NCBI GenBank assembly: GCA_964628585.1
Contig: CAZVMH010000002.1
Coordinates: 33,751 to 97,750, forward strand
DNA from: an uncultured Candidatus Saccharibacteria bacterium
GTDB lineage: Bacteria; Patescibacteriota; UBA1384; XYA2-FULL-43-10; 1-14-0-10-43-13
DNA length: 64,000 bases
Reading direction: 5' to 3'
The stretch's first letter is position 1. The number at the start of each line of letters is the position of its first letter. This document shows positions 29,468 through 38,076 of the stretch, in pieces. The position numbers and the translations under genes were made by a program. The notes below the pieces were generated by a model, which did no database searches, was not told the DNA's origin, and saw only the letters and a list, made by a program, of their open reading frames with translations.

Positions 29468-29621
29468 ACTTGTTTTTATTCGGTGTGGGGAGGAGAAAAG
29501 CCCCATACCAATAAGGACGAATGGTTGGAACCGGAGCCCATCTTCGGAGTTCATGCTTCAGCCTGCTAGGCCAAGTAGCATAAAGGCTGGTCTTCATAAT
29601 TAATCATTAACAAAAAAAATT

Positions 29622-30083
29622 ATGAAACGAGCATTTACATTAATTGAATTGCTTGTTGTTGTTGCCATTATTGGAATTTTGGCTTCAATGGCAATGTTTG
29701 CTCTTTCTGGTACTCGCGAGAAAGGCCGAGATGCGACTAGAAAAAGCGATTTGGCGCTGATTAAATCTTCTCTTGAAGTATATTACTCGGATCAAAAACC
29801 AAATAAGTACAATGTTCCAGCCACCAATCCTGCCAATATGGATACAGAAGAAAAGGCTAGGACGGCAACCGGTATGACAACCGATTATATTAAAACAATT
29901 CCGGTTGACCCAACAGCAGATACTACAACTCCATATGTCTATCTTGCAAGTGCTGATGGTCAGGATTACGCGGTTTTTGCCCAATTAGAAAACAGTTCAG
30001 ACAGTCAGATTAAGACCAAAGACCCAACTGCCGGCGCTAGGCCTAGCAGTTATACAAATTGTTTCTGGGTTGAAAACGACTAA
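29622..30083 (+). CDS. Type IV pilin / GspG-like
   Basis: A|FTLIEL, RDATRKSDL, IPVDP. Confidence 0.88.
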   Translation: MKRAFTLIELLVVVAIIGILASMAMFALSGTREKGRDATRKSDLALIKSSLEVYYSDQKPNKYNVPATNPANMDTEEKARTATGMTTDYIKTIPVDPTADTTTPYVYLASADGQDYAVFAQLENSSDSQIKTKDPTAGARPSSYTNCFWVEND

Positions 30084-30106
30084 TAAATCATATTTCATAA
30101 ATCATA

Positions 30107-30478
30107 ATGCAGAATGATAAGTCAAAGTTCAAAAAAGAATTTATTAGACGGTTAATGGTATTTTCAGTCAATTTAGTAAAATTTTGTTCCAAATTGCGTC
30201 AGAAAAGAGATTATTGGGTAATAGCAGATCAGTTATTGGATTCTGGCACGTCGATTGGAAGCAATTCAGTAGAGGCGAAAGCCTCATCATCCCGCAGAGA
30301 ATATATTAAATTTTTTGAAATAGCCTTAAAAAGTGCCAACGAAACGCTTTACTGGCTGATCATAGTAAAAGAATCGGTTCTAGAGTTAAAAACAGAATCA
30401 GAAAAGCTCTATAACGAATGTGAAGAGCTAACAAAAATATTGTGTTCGAGTGTATTAACCCTGAAGGGAAAGAAATAG
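30107..30478 (+). CDS. Four-helix-bundle protein (TIGR02436 / IVP / bAvd-like)
   Basis: IADQLLDSGTSIGSNSVEA..SSSRREY..FFEIALKSANETLYWL. Confidence 0.9.
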   Translation: MQNDKSKFKKEFIRRLMVFSVNLVKFCSKLRQKRDYWVIADQLLDSGTSIGSNSVEAKASSSRREYIKFFEIALKSANETLYWLIIVKESVLELKTESEKLYNECEELTKILCSSVLTLKGKK

Positions 30479-30622
30479 GTTTTTGCATTATAATTTATCA
30501 TTATGACCTATAAGTTTTAATTTGTGAATTATTGATATACTCATAACTCATAACTCATGCTTCGTGACTCAATGTAAAAATAGGAATTGCAATTTAGACA
30601 TTAAAACTAAAAATTAACAATC

Positions 30623-31402
30623 ATGAACATCTTATATCTCATATTAGCCTTGGTATTCGGCTTGGTCATCGGAAGCTTCCTTAATGTCTTAATTTTTCGT
30701 TTGGATAGTCTCAACACAATTTGGAGCACACGGTCTCATTGTCCAAAATGTAAGAAAAAACTTCTCTGGTATGATTTAGTACCAGTATTTTCATATATTA
30801 TTCTCGGTGGACGTTGCCGTTTTTGCCAAGAAAAAATTTCTCTTCAATATCCAATAGTGGAGTTATCCACAGGTCTCTTATTTGTGTTTTTGTTGTTTAG
30901 CTTTGGTTTAAGTATCGCTTTATTCTATTACATGATTATTTTTTCTCTTCTTGTGGTAATATTGGTCTCTGATTTAAAGACTCAAATGATGCCAGAAATA
31001 TTTGCTTGGATTGGTTTAATTTTGGCCCTATTGTTTGGGTGGTATTTTGGTAATCTTACAATTCCTTCTGCGCTTTGGGGTGGAGTAATAGGTGGCGGTT
31101 TTCTAGCACTTTTGGTTTATGGTTCGCTAATAGTGAGTGGAGCAAGTGAAAAATGGATGGGGGCGGGTGACATAAAGATAGGAGCGATCATGGGCTTTTT
31201 GGTTGGTTTTCCAGCCATTATTCTGGGCCTATTTTTTGCTTTTATTAGTGGGGCCATTGTTGGTTTGATTTATATTAAACTTCAAAAAAAGACAATTAAA
31301 GAGTCCCTTCCTTTTGCTCCCTTTTTAATTTTGAGTACCTTATTGACATTAGTTTACGGACAATATTTACTTAATTGGTATTGGAATTTATATATATTTT
31401 AG
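30623..31402 (+). CDS. pilD: Prepilin peptidase
   Basis: GSFLNV, RSHCPKC, GRCRFC, MGAGDIK, PFAPFL. Confidence 0.93.
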   Translation: MNILYLILALVFGLVIGSFLNVLIFRLDSLNTIWSTRSHCPKCKKKLLWYDLVPVFSYIILGGRCRFCQEKISLQYPIVELSTGLLFVFLLFSFGLSIALFYYMIIFSLLVVILVSDLKTQMMPEIFAWIGLILALLFGWYFGNLTIPSALWGGVIGGGFLALLVYGSLIVSGASEKWMGAGDIKIGAIMGFLVGFPAIILGLFFAFISGAIVGLIYIKLQKKTIKESLPFAPFLILSTLLTLVYGQYLLNWYWNLYIF

Positions 31403-31415
31403 AAAGAATGGAAAT

Positions 31416-31982
31416 ATGTTGAATAAAACGAAAAAGCTAAAAGGGCTCACTCCGTTAAATCCAGTAAAATGGAATCGCCAGAAGCGATATTTAACGGGGT
31501 TCACAATCGTAGAGCTTATGATAGTTTGCGCCATAATTGCAATACTGGCGGCAATTATTGTTATTAATTTTGAGCGAAGTAAAATGCGCACAAGAGATGC
31601 ACAGAGGAAATCTGATTTAACTAGAATTGCAGGTGCTCTAGAAGGATATAAGGTCGATACGAAATCATATTTATCATCTGGTGTCGCCATTGAAGGAACT
31701 CCTCCTATTAAACCTGTTTCAAGTTTAACTGAACTTACAACGGGAAATTACATTAGTAGTCTGCCAACAGATCCTCTTAATCAGACACCATACAAATATG
31801 CCTCCGATCAGAATCAATATAAACTGCTTGCAATATCGGAAACAATTACTGGAATAAGCAACGCCTCAAATATTGCTGGTGATTTTTATAATTATTCCGC
31901 CTCAAATGATAATAATTTTAAATGCTTTCAAGTTTCTTCTAGCAATACTGCGTTAGGTTGGGCATATCCAGAATGTCAATAA
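31416..31982 (+). CDS. Type IV pilin / GspG-like with extended leader
   Basis: G|FTIVELMIV, RDAQRKSDL, LPTDP. Confidence 0.88.
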   Translation: MLNKTKKLKGLTPLNPVKWNRQKRYLTGFTIVELMIVCAIIAILAAIIVINFERSKMRTRDAQRKSDLTRIAGALEGYKVDTKSYLSSGVAIEGTPPIKPVSSLTELTTGNYISSLPTDPLNQTPYKYASDQNQYKLLAISETITGISNASNIAGDFYNYSASNDNNFKCFQVSSSNTALGWAYPECQ

Positions 31983-32515
31983 TGAAACAAGGTTTTACCC
32001 TAATTGAATTGATAGTAACAATGTCCATTATTGTGTTAATGGCTTTAATTGCTGTTCCTGCATTTACCAAATATGAAGAAAATGCCAGTTTCAATGCCAA
32101 AGTTGCAGAAATTGAGTCGGCTATAAATCAAGTAGCCATTCAGGCCCAAAATCCAGAACAAGAAATTAAACAATATATTATTAACACGGCCGATCCAAAA
32201 AAAATCAAGTTCGAAAAAATTGATTTAAATAGTAATCTCATTACGGAAAAAGAAATTTCAATGCCTCTAAATATTACAATAGAGAACAAACAAGGTCCAT
32301 TAAACATGCCATTATCAATTCTTGTTTTTGGTTCAGAGATTAGAAATCTTTGCTTAACAAAAGACGAACTTCAGGATGGAGTGGACTTATACTCAATGCC
32401 GGACTGTAATCCAAATAGCCACTTCAGTGGTGAATATATTTCTGTTAAGGATATAAGTGGACGATCCAAAACGATAAGCATTCAATTAAATCCAATCAGA
32501 GCAACGAGTTGGTAG
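31982..32515 (+). CDS. Minor pilin (FimT/GspH-like)
   Basis: MKQG|FTLIEL; TAATG overlap with the upstream stop. Confidence 0.85.
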   Translation: MKQGFTLIELIVTMSIIVLMALIAVPAFTKYEENASFNAKVAEIESAINQVAIQAQNPEQEIKQYIINTADPKKIKFEKIDLNSNLITEKEISMPLNITIENKQGPLNMPLSILVFGSEIRNLCLTKDELQDGVDLYSMPDCNPNSHFSGEYISVKDISGRSKTISIQLNPIRATSW

Positions 32516-32549
32516 ATTTATCGCCATTGGAGATCACGCTTTAGGGTGA

Positions 32550-33416
32550 TTGATGCAAGAAAAACTAATAATGAAAATAATTAGCAAAAAATTTAGTAAA
32601 GAGCTTGTCCCGAAAATGTCGAGGGGATTTGGCCTTTTAGAAGTAATGATATCTGGAGCAGTGATTATTATTATTCTAGGGTCTTTAGTTTTAGTTGCCC
32701 ATGCCGCTATAAACAACAATCAATATATGCAAAAACGAGCAGAAGCAACATTCTTAGCCCAAGAGGGTCTTGAAATGGTCAGGCAGATTAGAGATTCTAA
32801 CTGGATAGATCGAAGTGCCAGTAATTGTACAAGTGATTGTACTAGTAGCAATCCGCAAACCAATTATGGCAAAACTAACTGGGACTCAGTTCAATTATAC
32901 CCTGAATCGGGTTTTGTTAATGGAAAATATATTTATAATCCATCGCTTTTTGTAGATCAGGGCTGTTATAGAAAAAATAAGTATTTTATGACCTATCCCG
33001 GGCTTGATGATCAACAACAACAAAGGCGTTTTAGTCTACAAACTCTAAATGATTCTATAAATCCTAACAATATTAATAATTGTAGAAAATTGATTTACCC
33101 GGATAATAATGCGTCCCCAAGCGAAACCAATACCGAAAAAATATCAGTCTATCCGAATAACATGTCTTTTGATGGTGTTCCGGACCCAGATCCAAAACGA
33201 GCCAATAAACAAGATTATGAAGCTCCTGCGAATGTATTTTTTAGAGTTTTTTTCATTGAACGAGATTTAGGTGATCTTTTGCCAGACGTGTCCGGAGATA
33301 TTCACCCAGAGGTCAATGCTTATAAAGTTACGGTTTATATTGGGTTCAATTTTAATGGACAAAATAAAATTATTGAGTCGAGCGAGATTTTAACCAATTG
33401 GAGACCAGATTTCTAA
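32550..33416 (+). CDS. Minor pilin (PilV-like); start may be 32553 or 32571
   Basis: G|FGLLEV, AQEGLEMVRQIRD, LTNW C-terminus. Confidence 0.85.
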   Translation: MMQEKLIMKIISKKFSKELVPKMSRGFGLLEVMISGAVIIIILGSLVLVAHAAINNNQYMQKRAEATFLAQEGLEMVRQIRDSNWIDRSASNCTSDCTSSNPQTNYGKTNWDSVQLYPESGFVNGKYIYNPSLFVDQGCYRKNKYFMTYPGLDDQQQQRRFSLQTLNDSINPNNINNCRKLIYPDNNASPSETNTEKISVYPNNMSFDGVPDPDPKRANKQDYEAPANVFFRVFFIERDLGDLLPDVSGDIHPEVNAYKVTVYIGFNFNGQNKIIESSEILTNWRPDF

Positions 33417-33441
33417 AAACATGAGTTATGAAGTATGAATT

Positions 33442-34281
33442 ATGAATAGCAAGCAATATAAAAAAGGGTTTACTTTAATGGAGGTGCTAGTTGCAACCAT
33501 GATTTTTGTATCGATTATGGTAATTGCTACGGGCGTAATTGGCCAAGCAAGTTCTTATAGTGGAAAAATTAAAAAACTCAGAGAAACATCCGCTGAAGCT
33601 CGTCGTTTATCTGACATGATTACAAGAGATATAAGAGAGGCAAATGCACCAGTAGTTTTGGATTCGGAATTTTTTCGAGATAATGGGGACCCATCTGATC
33701 TTTGTATCGAATTAGTTGACGAAGGAAACACAGTTACCTTTAAAAGTGGCTTGGCTATTCTTTCTTGGAGGAGGGCTGTTGATGGATATACTAAGTATTC
33801 AGAAGCTCAGAGTCAGTGCATAGATGAAGCTTATAGAGTGCCTGACGGTCTTTTTTATGGCAACGGCCATGGTCTATATGACGCTCGCATGCTTGTTGTT
33901 GGACTAAAGAATAAAACACGGGTTTACGCTACAGCTCAAGATACGAACGCGAACCCAAGAGTCCATCGGGTTTATATGAAGGAATTTACTCAGGGCAAAT
34001 TGAGCGTAACCGACATTAATAGTGTGGTTGAAAGTGCAAATCTAATATCAAATCCCAATTATGGTGCCATAGTTGGTTTTGGTGGTTATGCACCACCATC
34101 TTCGACAGACGGAGCGGGTAAACCATTGCCTCGTGATATTAAGCAACAGCCGGTTATAAGGTTTCTTGTTACTGTGCAGTCAAAAGACTATATTCACAAC
34201 GACATCGTTTCTCCCAAGGTTCATAAAGGAGAACAAGCAGTAATTCGATCTATGGCAACTTCCAGAAATTATGATATATAA
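33442..34281 (+). CDS. Minor pilin (PilW/GspJ-like)
   Basis: G|FTLMEV, ITRDIREA, SRNY C-terminus. Confidence 0.85.
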   Translation: MNSKQYKKGFTLMEVLVATMIFVSIMVIATGVIGQASSYSGKIKKLRETSAEARRLSDMITRDIREANAPVVLDSEFFRDNGDPSDLCIELVDEGNTVTFKSGLAILSWRRAVDGYTKYSEAQSQCIDEAYRVPDGLFYGNGHGLYDARMLVVGLKNKTRVYATAQDTNANPRVHRVYMKEFTQGKLSVTDINSVVESANLISNPNYGAIVGFGGYAPPSSTDGAGKPLPRDIKQQPVIRFLVTVQSKDYIHNDIVSPKVHKGEQAVIRSMATSRNYDI

Positions 34282-34320
34282 TACTACATATCATATCTTA
34301 TATCTCATATCTCATATACA

Positions 34321-34767
34321 ATGAAAAGCAAAACAATAAACATTTACACAGATGGTGGGTCTCGTGGTAATCCTGGTCCAGCGGCGATTGGGATTGTTTT
34401 TTATAACGCTTCGGGTGAAATAATCCATGAACATAAGAAATCAATTGGCCATGCTACCAATAATGAAGCAGAATACAGTGCAATCTTAGAAGCTTTGCAA
34501 TTATTGGTAAAAAGTAAATGGTTTTTAGATAATAATACTGAATGTGGGAGAGTAGATTGTTTTTTAGATTCTCAACTGGTAGTTGAACAATTAAACGGTA
34601 GATATAAGATTAAACAGTCTCATATTTCAGAATTTGTAAATAGTATCAAAAGTATTATCATTAAATCAGGCTTAGAAGTGTCGTTTACTCATATTCCGCG
34701 CGAAAAAAACAAACTAGCCGATAAATTAGTAAATGAAGCATTGAACGAAATTAAAGGAAAATTATGA
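34321..34767 (+). CDS. rnhA: Ribonuclease HI
   Basis: YTDGGSRGNPG, TNNEAEY, DSQLVV, HIPREKNKLAD. Confidence 0.92.
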   Translation: MKSKTINIYTDGGSRGNPGPAAIGIVFYNASGEIIHEHKKSIGHATNNEAEYSAILEALQLLVKSKWFLDNNTECGRVDCFLDSQLVVEQLNGRYKIKQSHISEFVNSIKSIIIKSGLEVSFTHIPREKNKLADKLVNEALNEIKGKL

Positions 34768-34922
34768 TTAGAACTGATTTGTCTTTTATAATAATTTTTT
34801 TCATAATTATTGCTCTTTGTGTTACATTCTTATTGATATTCATTTTTTACTATAAAAGAAAAGAATATCTTAAAAACAAAAAATATATTGATAAGGCACT
34901 TTTTAGACACCATAAACAATGA
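34764..34922 (+). CDS. 52-aa single-TM protein (absent from the ORF track)
   Basis: MIRTDLSFIIIFFIIIALCVTFLLIFIFYYKRKEYLKNKKYIDKALFRHHKQ*; ATGA overlaps with both rnhA and rodA. Confidence 0.65.
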   Translation: MIRTDLSFIIIFFIIIALCVTFLLIFIFYYKRKEYLKNKKYIDKALFRHHKQ

Positions 34923-36037
34923 GCTCTATTAAACTCAAGACCTTTGATCCGCTCTTATTTTTAATTCCAATCTTACTTTTAATTATCGGTATATCGGTAA
35001 TTTATAGTCTTGTTATTGGAACAGCTGATTCAGAGTTGATTCTTAAACAAGTTATTTCTGGAGTGATAGCAATATTCTTAGCAATCGGAGTTTCTTTTGT
35101 AGACTATCGATTTTTTAAGTCCGTGACTTGGATTTTTTATTTTGCTGTTATTCTCTTACTAATATATGTCGATTTTTTTGGAATGCAAGCAGGTGGTGCG
35201 ATGCGCTGGATTGATCTTGGTTTCTTTCAACTTCAGCCATCTGAACTAGCAAAACCGGCATTGGCGCTGATTCTTGCATCTTTTTTTTCTAACAAGATTG
35301 GAAAAATTAGGTTTAGGGATATTATTATTTCATTCTTAATAATCCTTGTGCCAGTTTTATTAATTCTAAAAGAACCGGATTTAGGGACCGCTTTGGTCGT
35401 AATTTTTATGTATGTAGTATTAATTCTCTTTTCAAAACCAAATAAATTTCAACTTACAATCTTTATCTTAATCTTTGGACTGGCATTGGTCTCTGCGATA
35501 CTCTCAGTTAAGGAGGTAGAACCATTTGACAAACTGATGAAGGATTATCAAAAAAATAGGATCTTGATTTTTATTGATCCAAGTCTTGATCCATATGGTA
35601 AGGGCTATAATGTTCGTCAGGCTCAGATCACAGTTGGTTCGGGTGGTATTTTAGGCAAAGGACTGGGGCGTGGTTCACAAAGTCAGCTTCAATTTTTGCC
35701 TAAGCCACAAACAGATTTCATTTTTGCTGGAATTGCCGAATCATTTGGTTTTTTGGGTTTAATGGTTTACCTAGCTTTGTTTGTGGTTCTAATAATTAAA
35801 ATTTTAAATATTGGAGTTTATGCAAAAGATAATTTTGGTATGTTGATTTGTATTGGCGCGGTTGCAATTATTTTGTTTCAGACAGTTGTTAATATGGGAA
35901 TGAATATTGGTTTGATGCCAGTTACTGGTATACCGTTACCATTTGCAAGTTATGGTGGTTCTGCTCTTATCTCTTACTTTTTTATACTCGGTATCTGTCA
36001 AAGTATAATAATTCGCCATAAAAAGATAAACTTTTAA
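34919..36037 (+). CDS. rodA: Rod shape-determining SEDS protein RodA
   Basis: RWIDLG..QPSELAK, EPDLGT, QTDFIF, TGIPLPFASYGGS. Confidence 0.9.
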   Translation: MSSIKLKTFDPLLFLIPILLLIIGISVIYSLVIGTADSELILKQVISGVIAIFLAIGVSFVDYRFFKSVTWIFYFAVILLLIYVDFFGMQAGGAMRWIDLGFFQLQPSELAKPALALILASFFSNKIGKIRFRDIIISFLIILVPVLLILKEPDLGTALVVIFMYVVLILFSKPNKFQLTIFILIFGLALVSAILSVKEVEPFDKLMKDYQKNRILIFIDPSLDPYGKGYNVRQAQITVGSGGILGKGLGRGSQSQLQFLPKPQTDFIFAGIAESFGFLGLMVYLALFVVLIIKILNIGVYAKDNFGMLICIGAVAIILFQTVVNMGMNIGLMPVTGIPLPFASYGGSALISYFFILGICQSIIIRHKKINF

Positions 36038-36145
36038 CTTGACTTTTTATAGGGAATAAGATACTCTTATAGATATAAGACCGCCGGTCTTTTTTAAAAT
36101 CGGCGACAAACGATACAAATAGCTGGAATTGAGAGGAAATACACA

Positions 36146-36472
36146 ATGTTTGCAATAGTTTCAATCGCAGGAAAACAGTTACAGGTAGAAGAAGGTAAAG
36201 AGTACACGGTGCTTTTACCGCTAGAACAGAAAAAACAGAAAAAAATTTCATTTTCTGAAATTTTGATGGTATCAAATAGGGAAAAAACTGTTTATGGCAC
36301 GCCATTAATTGAAAAAGCAACTGTTGAAGCAGAAGTTCTAAAAGAGTTTTTGAGTGAAAAAACCGAAGTATTTAAATTTCATTCTAAAAAAAGATATACT
36401 AGAAGCAAGAGTCAGAGACAAAAATTAGCTCAAATTAAAATATTAAAAATCTCTTATGAAATTAAAAAATAA
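36146..36472 (+). CDS. rplU: 50S ribosomal protein L21
   Basis: MFAIVSIAGKQ..V.EG, GTP, FKFHSKKRY...RQ. Confidence 0.9.
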   Translation: MFAIVSIAGKQLQVEEGKEYTVLLPLEQKKQKKISFSEILMVSNREKTVYGTPLIEKATVEAEVLKEFLSEKTEVFKFHSKKRYTRSKSQRQKLAQIKILKISYEIKK

Positions 36473-36659
36473 CTCAATTGTGAAATATATCGTTTCTTCG
36501 TATCAAGAGCTAAAAAAAGTTAGCTGGCCAACAGGAAAGACGATACTCAATCATACATTGATAGTGGTAATTTCTTCGGCAATAGCAATTGCAATAACAA
36601 GTGCAGTTGATTATGGGTTAACTAGTCTAGTCGAATACTTTATTGAGAATAGGGGCTAA
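36456..36659 (+). CDS. secE: Preprotein translocase SecE
   Basis: ELKKVSWPT, single TM, upstream of nusG. Confidence 0.92.
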   Translation: MKLKNNSIVKYIVSSYQELKKVSWPTGKTILNHTLIVVISSAIAIAITSAVDYGLTSLVEYFIENRG

Positions 36660-36660
36660 G

Positions 36661-37464
36661 ATGACAGAGAAAAAAATCAAAGATACGATAGAGAATAAGA
36701 TAAAAGTTCCGACAATTCCTAAAGAGGATATCGGAATTCCGACCGAAGACCCAAAGGGTTCCCTTCGGGACGTCGGGAAAATCGAAAATGCACCAATAAT
36801 TGAGGTTAAGAACTTGGATGAAGCTGATTCGCCAAAAGAAATTATTGTAGAAGATGTAGCAGCCGAACCAGAAACTTTAGATGATGCCAAAAAAGAAGAG
36901 GAAGCTCCTCGAAGAAAACTTTTAACTCTAAAACAGACTGGTGAGCGTAACTGGTATGTTATTCATACTTATTCAGGATATGAGGAGCAGGTAGCCGATT
37001 CACTAAAACAAAGAATTGAGTCCTTAAATATGGGCGACAAAATTTTTGACGTGATTGTACCGAAAGAAAAACAAATTGAAATTAAAAATGGTAAACGCAG
37101 AACAATAGAGAAGAGGATTTTTCCAGGATATGTATTGGTCGATATGATTGTAACGGATGATTCCTGGTATGTGGTTCGAAACACTCCCAATGTGACCGGT
37201 TTTATTGGTTTTGGTGTCCGTCCTACTCCAATGTCAAAAACAGAAATAGACCGAATTAAAAAAAGAATGGGAGTTGAAGAACCAAAATTCAAGGTAGATT
37301 TTAAAGTTGATGATTTGATCAAGATTACAGACGGAGCGCTTAAGGGTTTTGAAGGTAAAATTGAAGATATTGATCAGGACAGAGGCAAGGTAAAAGTTTT
37401 GGTTAATATGTTTGGGCGCGAGACACCAGTAACACTAGACTTCTTGCAAGTTAAGAAAATATAA
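36661..37464 (+). CDS. nusG: Transcription termination/antitermination factor NusG with long N-terminal extension
   Basis: [31 protein letters not shown] domain MFGRETPV. Confidence 0.95.
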   Translation: MTEKKIKDTIENKIKVPTIPKEDIGIPTEDPKGSLRDVGKIENAPIIEVKNLDEADSPKEIIVEDVAAEPETLDDAKKEEEAPRRKLLTLKQTGERNWYVIHTYSGYEEQVADSLKQRIESLNMGDKIFDVIVPKEKQIEIKNGKRRTIEKRIFPGYVLVDMIVTDDSWYVVRNTPNVTGFIGFGVRPTPMSKTEIDRIKKRMGVEEPKFKVDFKVDDLIKITDGALKGFEGKIEDIDQDRGKVKVLVNMFGRETPVTLDFLQVKKI

Positions 37465-37472
37465 GGAAAACA

Positions 37473-37898
37473 ATGGCTAAAGAAGTTAAAACAACAATAA
37501 AATTACAATGTCCTGCAGCCAAAGCAAATCCTGCACCTCCAGTCGGGCCAGCATTGGGACAACATGGCGTAAATATTATGGAGTTTTGTCAATCTTTTAA
37601 TGAACAAACAAAAGATAAGGGCGACACAATAATTCCAGTAGAAATCACTATCTACGAAGATAGAACTTTTACATTTGTTCTAAAAACTCCTCCAGCGGCA
37701 GTCTTGATTAAGAAGGCATTAAAATTAGAAAAGGCCTCCGATAATTCAAAGAAAAACAAAGTTGGTAAGTTATCACAGGAACAATTAACCCAAATTGCTG
37801 AGGAAAAAATGCCAGACCTTAATGCTAATGATATTGAAGCCGCTAAAAAAATTATCGCTGGTACTGCCAGAAGCATTGGTGTCGAAATCGAAAAATAA
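37473..37898 (+). CDS. rplK: 50S ribosomal protein L11
   Basis: [26 protein letters not shown]. Confidence 0.97.
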   Translation: MAKEVKTTIKLQCPAAKANPAPPVGPALGQHGVNIMEFCQSFNEQTKDKGDTIIPVEITIYEDRTFTFVLKTPPAAVLIKKALKLEKASDNSKKNKVGKLSQEQLTQIAEEKMPDLNANDIEAAKKIIAGTARSIGVEIEK

Positions 37899-37919
37899 TA
37901 AGAAGATATATTCTACACA

Positions 37920-37949
37920 AAAAAAACGGATAATTATATCCGTTTTTTT
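37920..37949. terminator. Bidirectional intrinsic terminator
   Basis: A-run CGGATA-ATTA-TATCCG T-run. Confidence 0.8.
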
Positions 37950-38035
37950 GTTGTTTTCGGCTTAATGCTATCCACGGAGGAAAAACCAAAGGAGGGGCAA
38001 AGGTTCTCATCGTAGATAGCATTAAGCCGACAATC
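37920..38035 (-). ncRNA. Candidate hairpin sRNA with a C-rich anti-Shine-Dalgarno-like loop
   Basis: Minus-strand TTGACA-N17-TAATTT promoter (38071-38043); 16-bp perfect stem 37957-37972/38015-38030; loop UUUGCCCCUCCUUU; ends at the terminator. Confidence 0.55.
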
Positions 38036-38076
38036 TATAAATAAATTAGCAGTTGTGATATAATTTGTCAATTGAA

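Noticed and set aside
25793-30478. Diversity-generating retroelement (Avd-like gene plus a near-identical repeat pair)
   Set aside because: No reverse transcriptase in the window; the repeats are intergenic and their mismatches are not adenine-specific (include T/G, C/G, C/T).
36080-36110. L21 leader before rplU
   Set aside because: Only a short CGCCGG..TCGGCG hairpin; too little to call.
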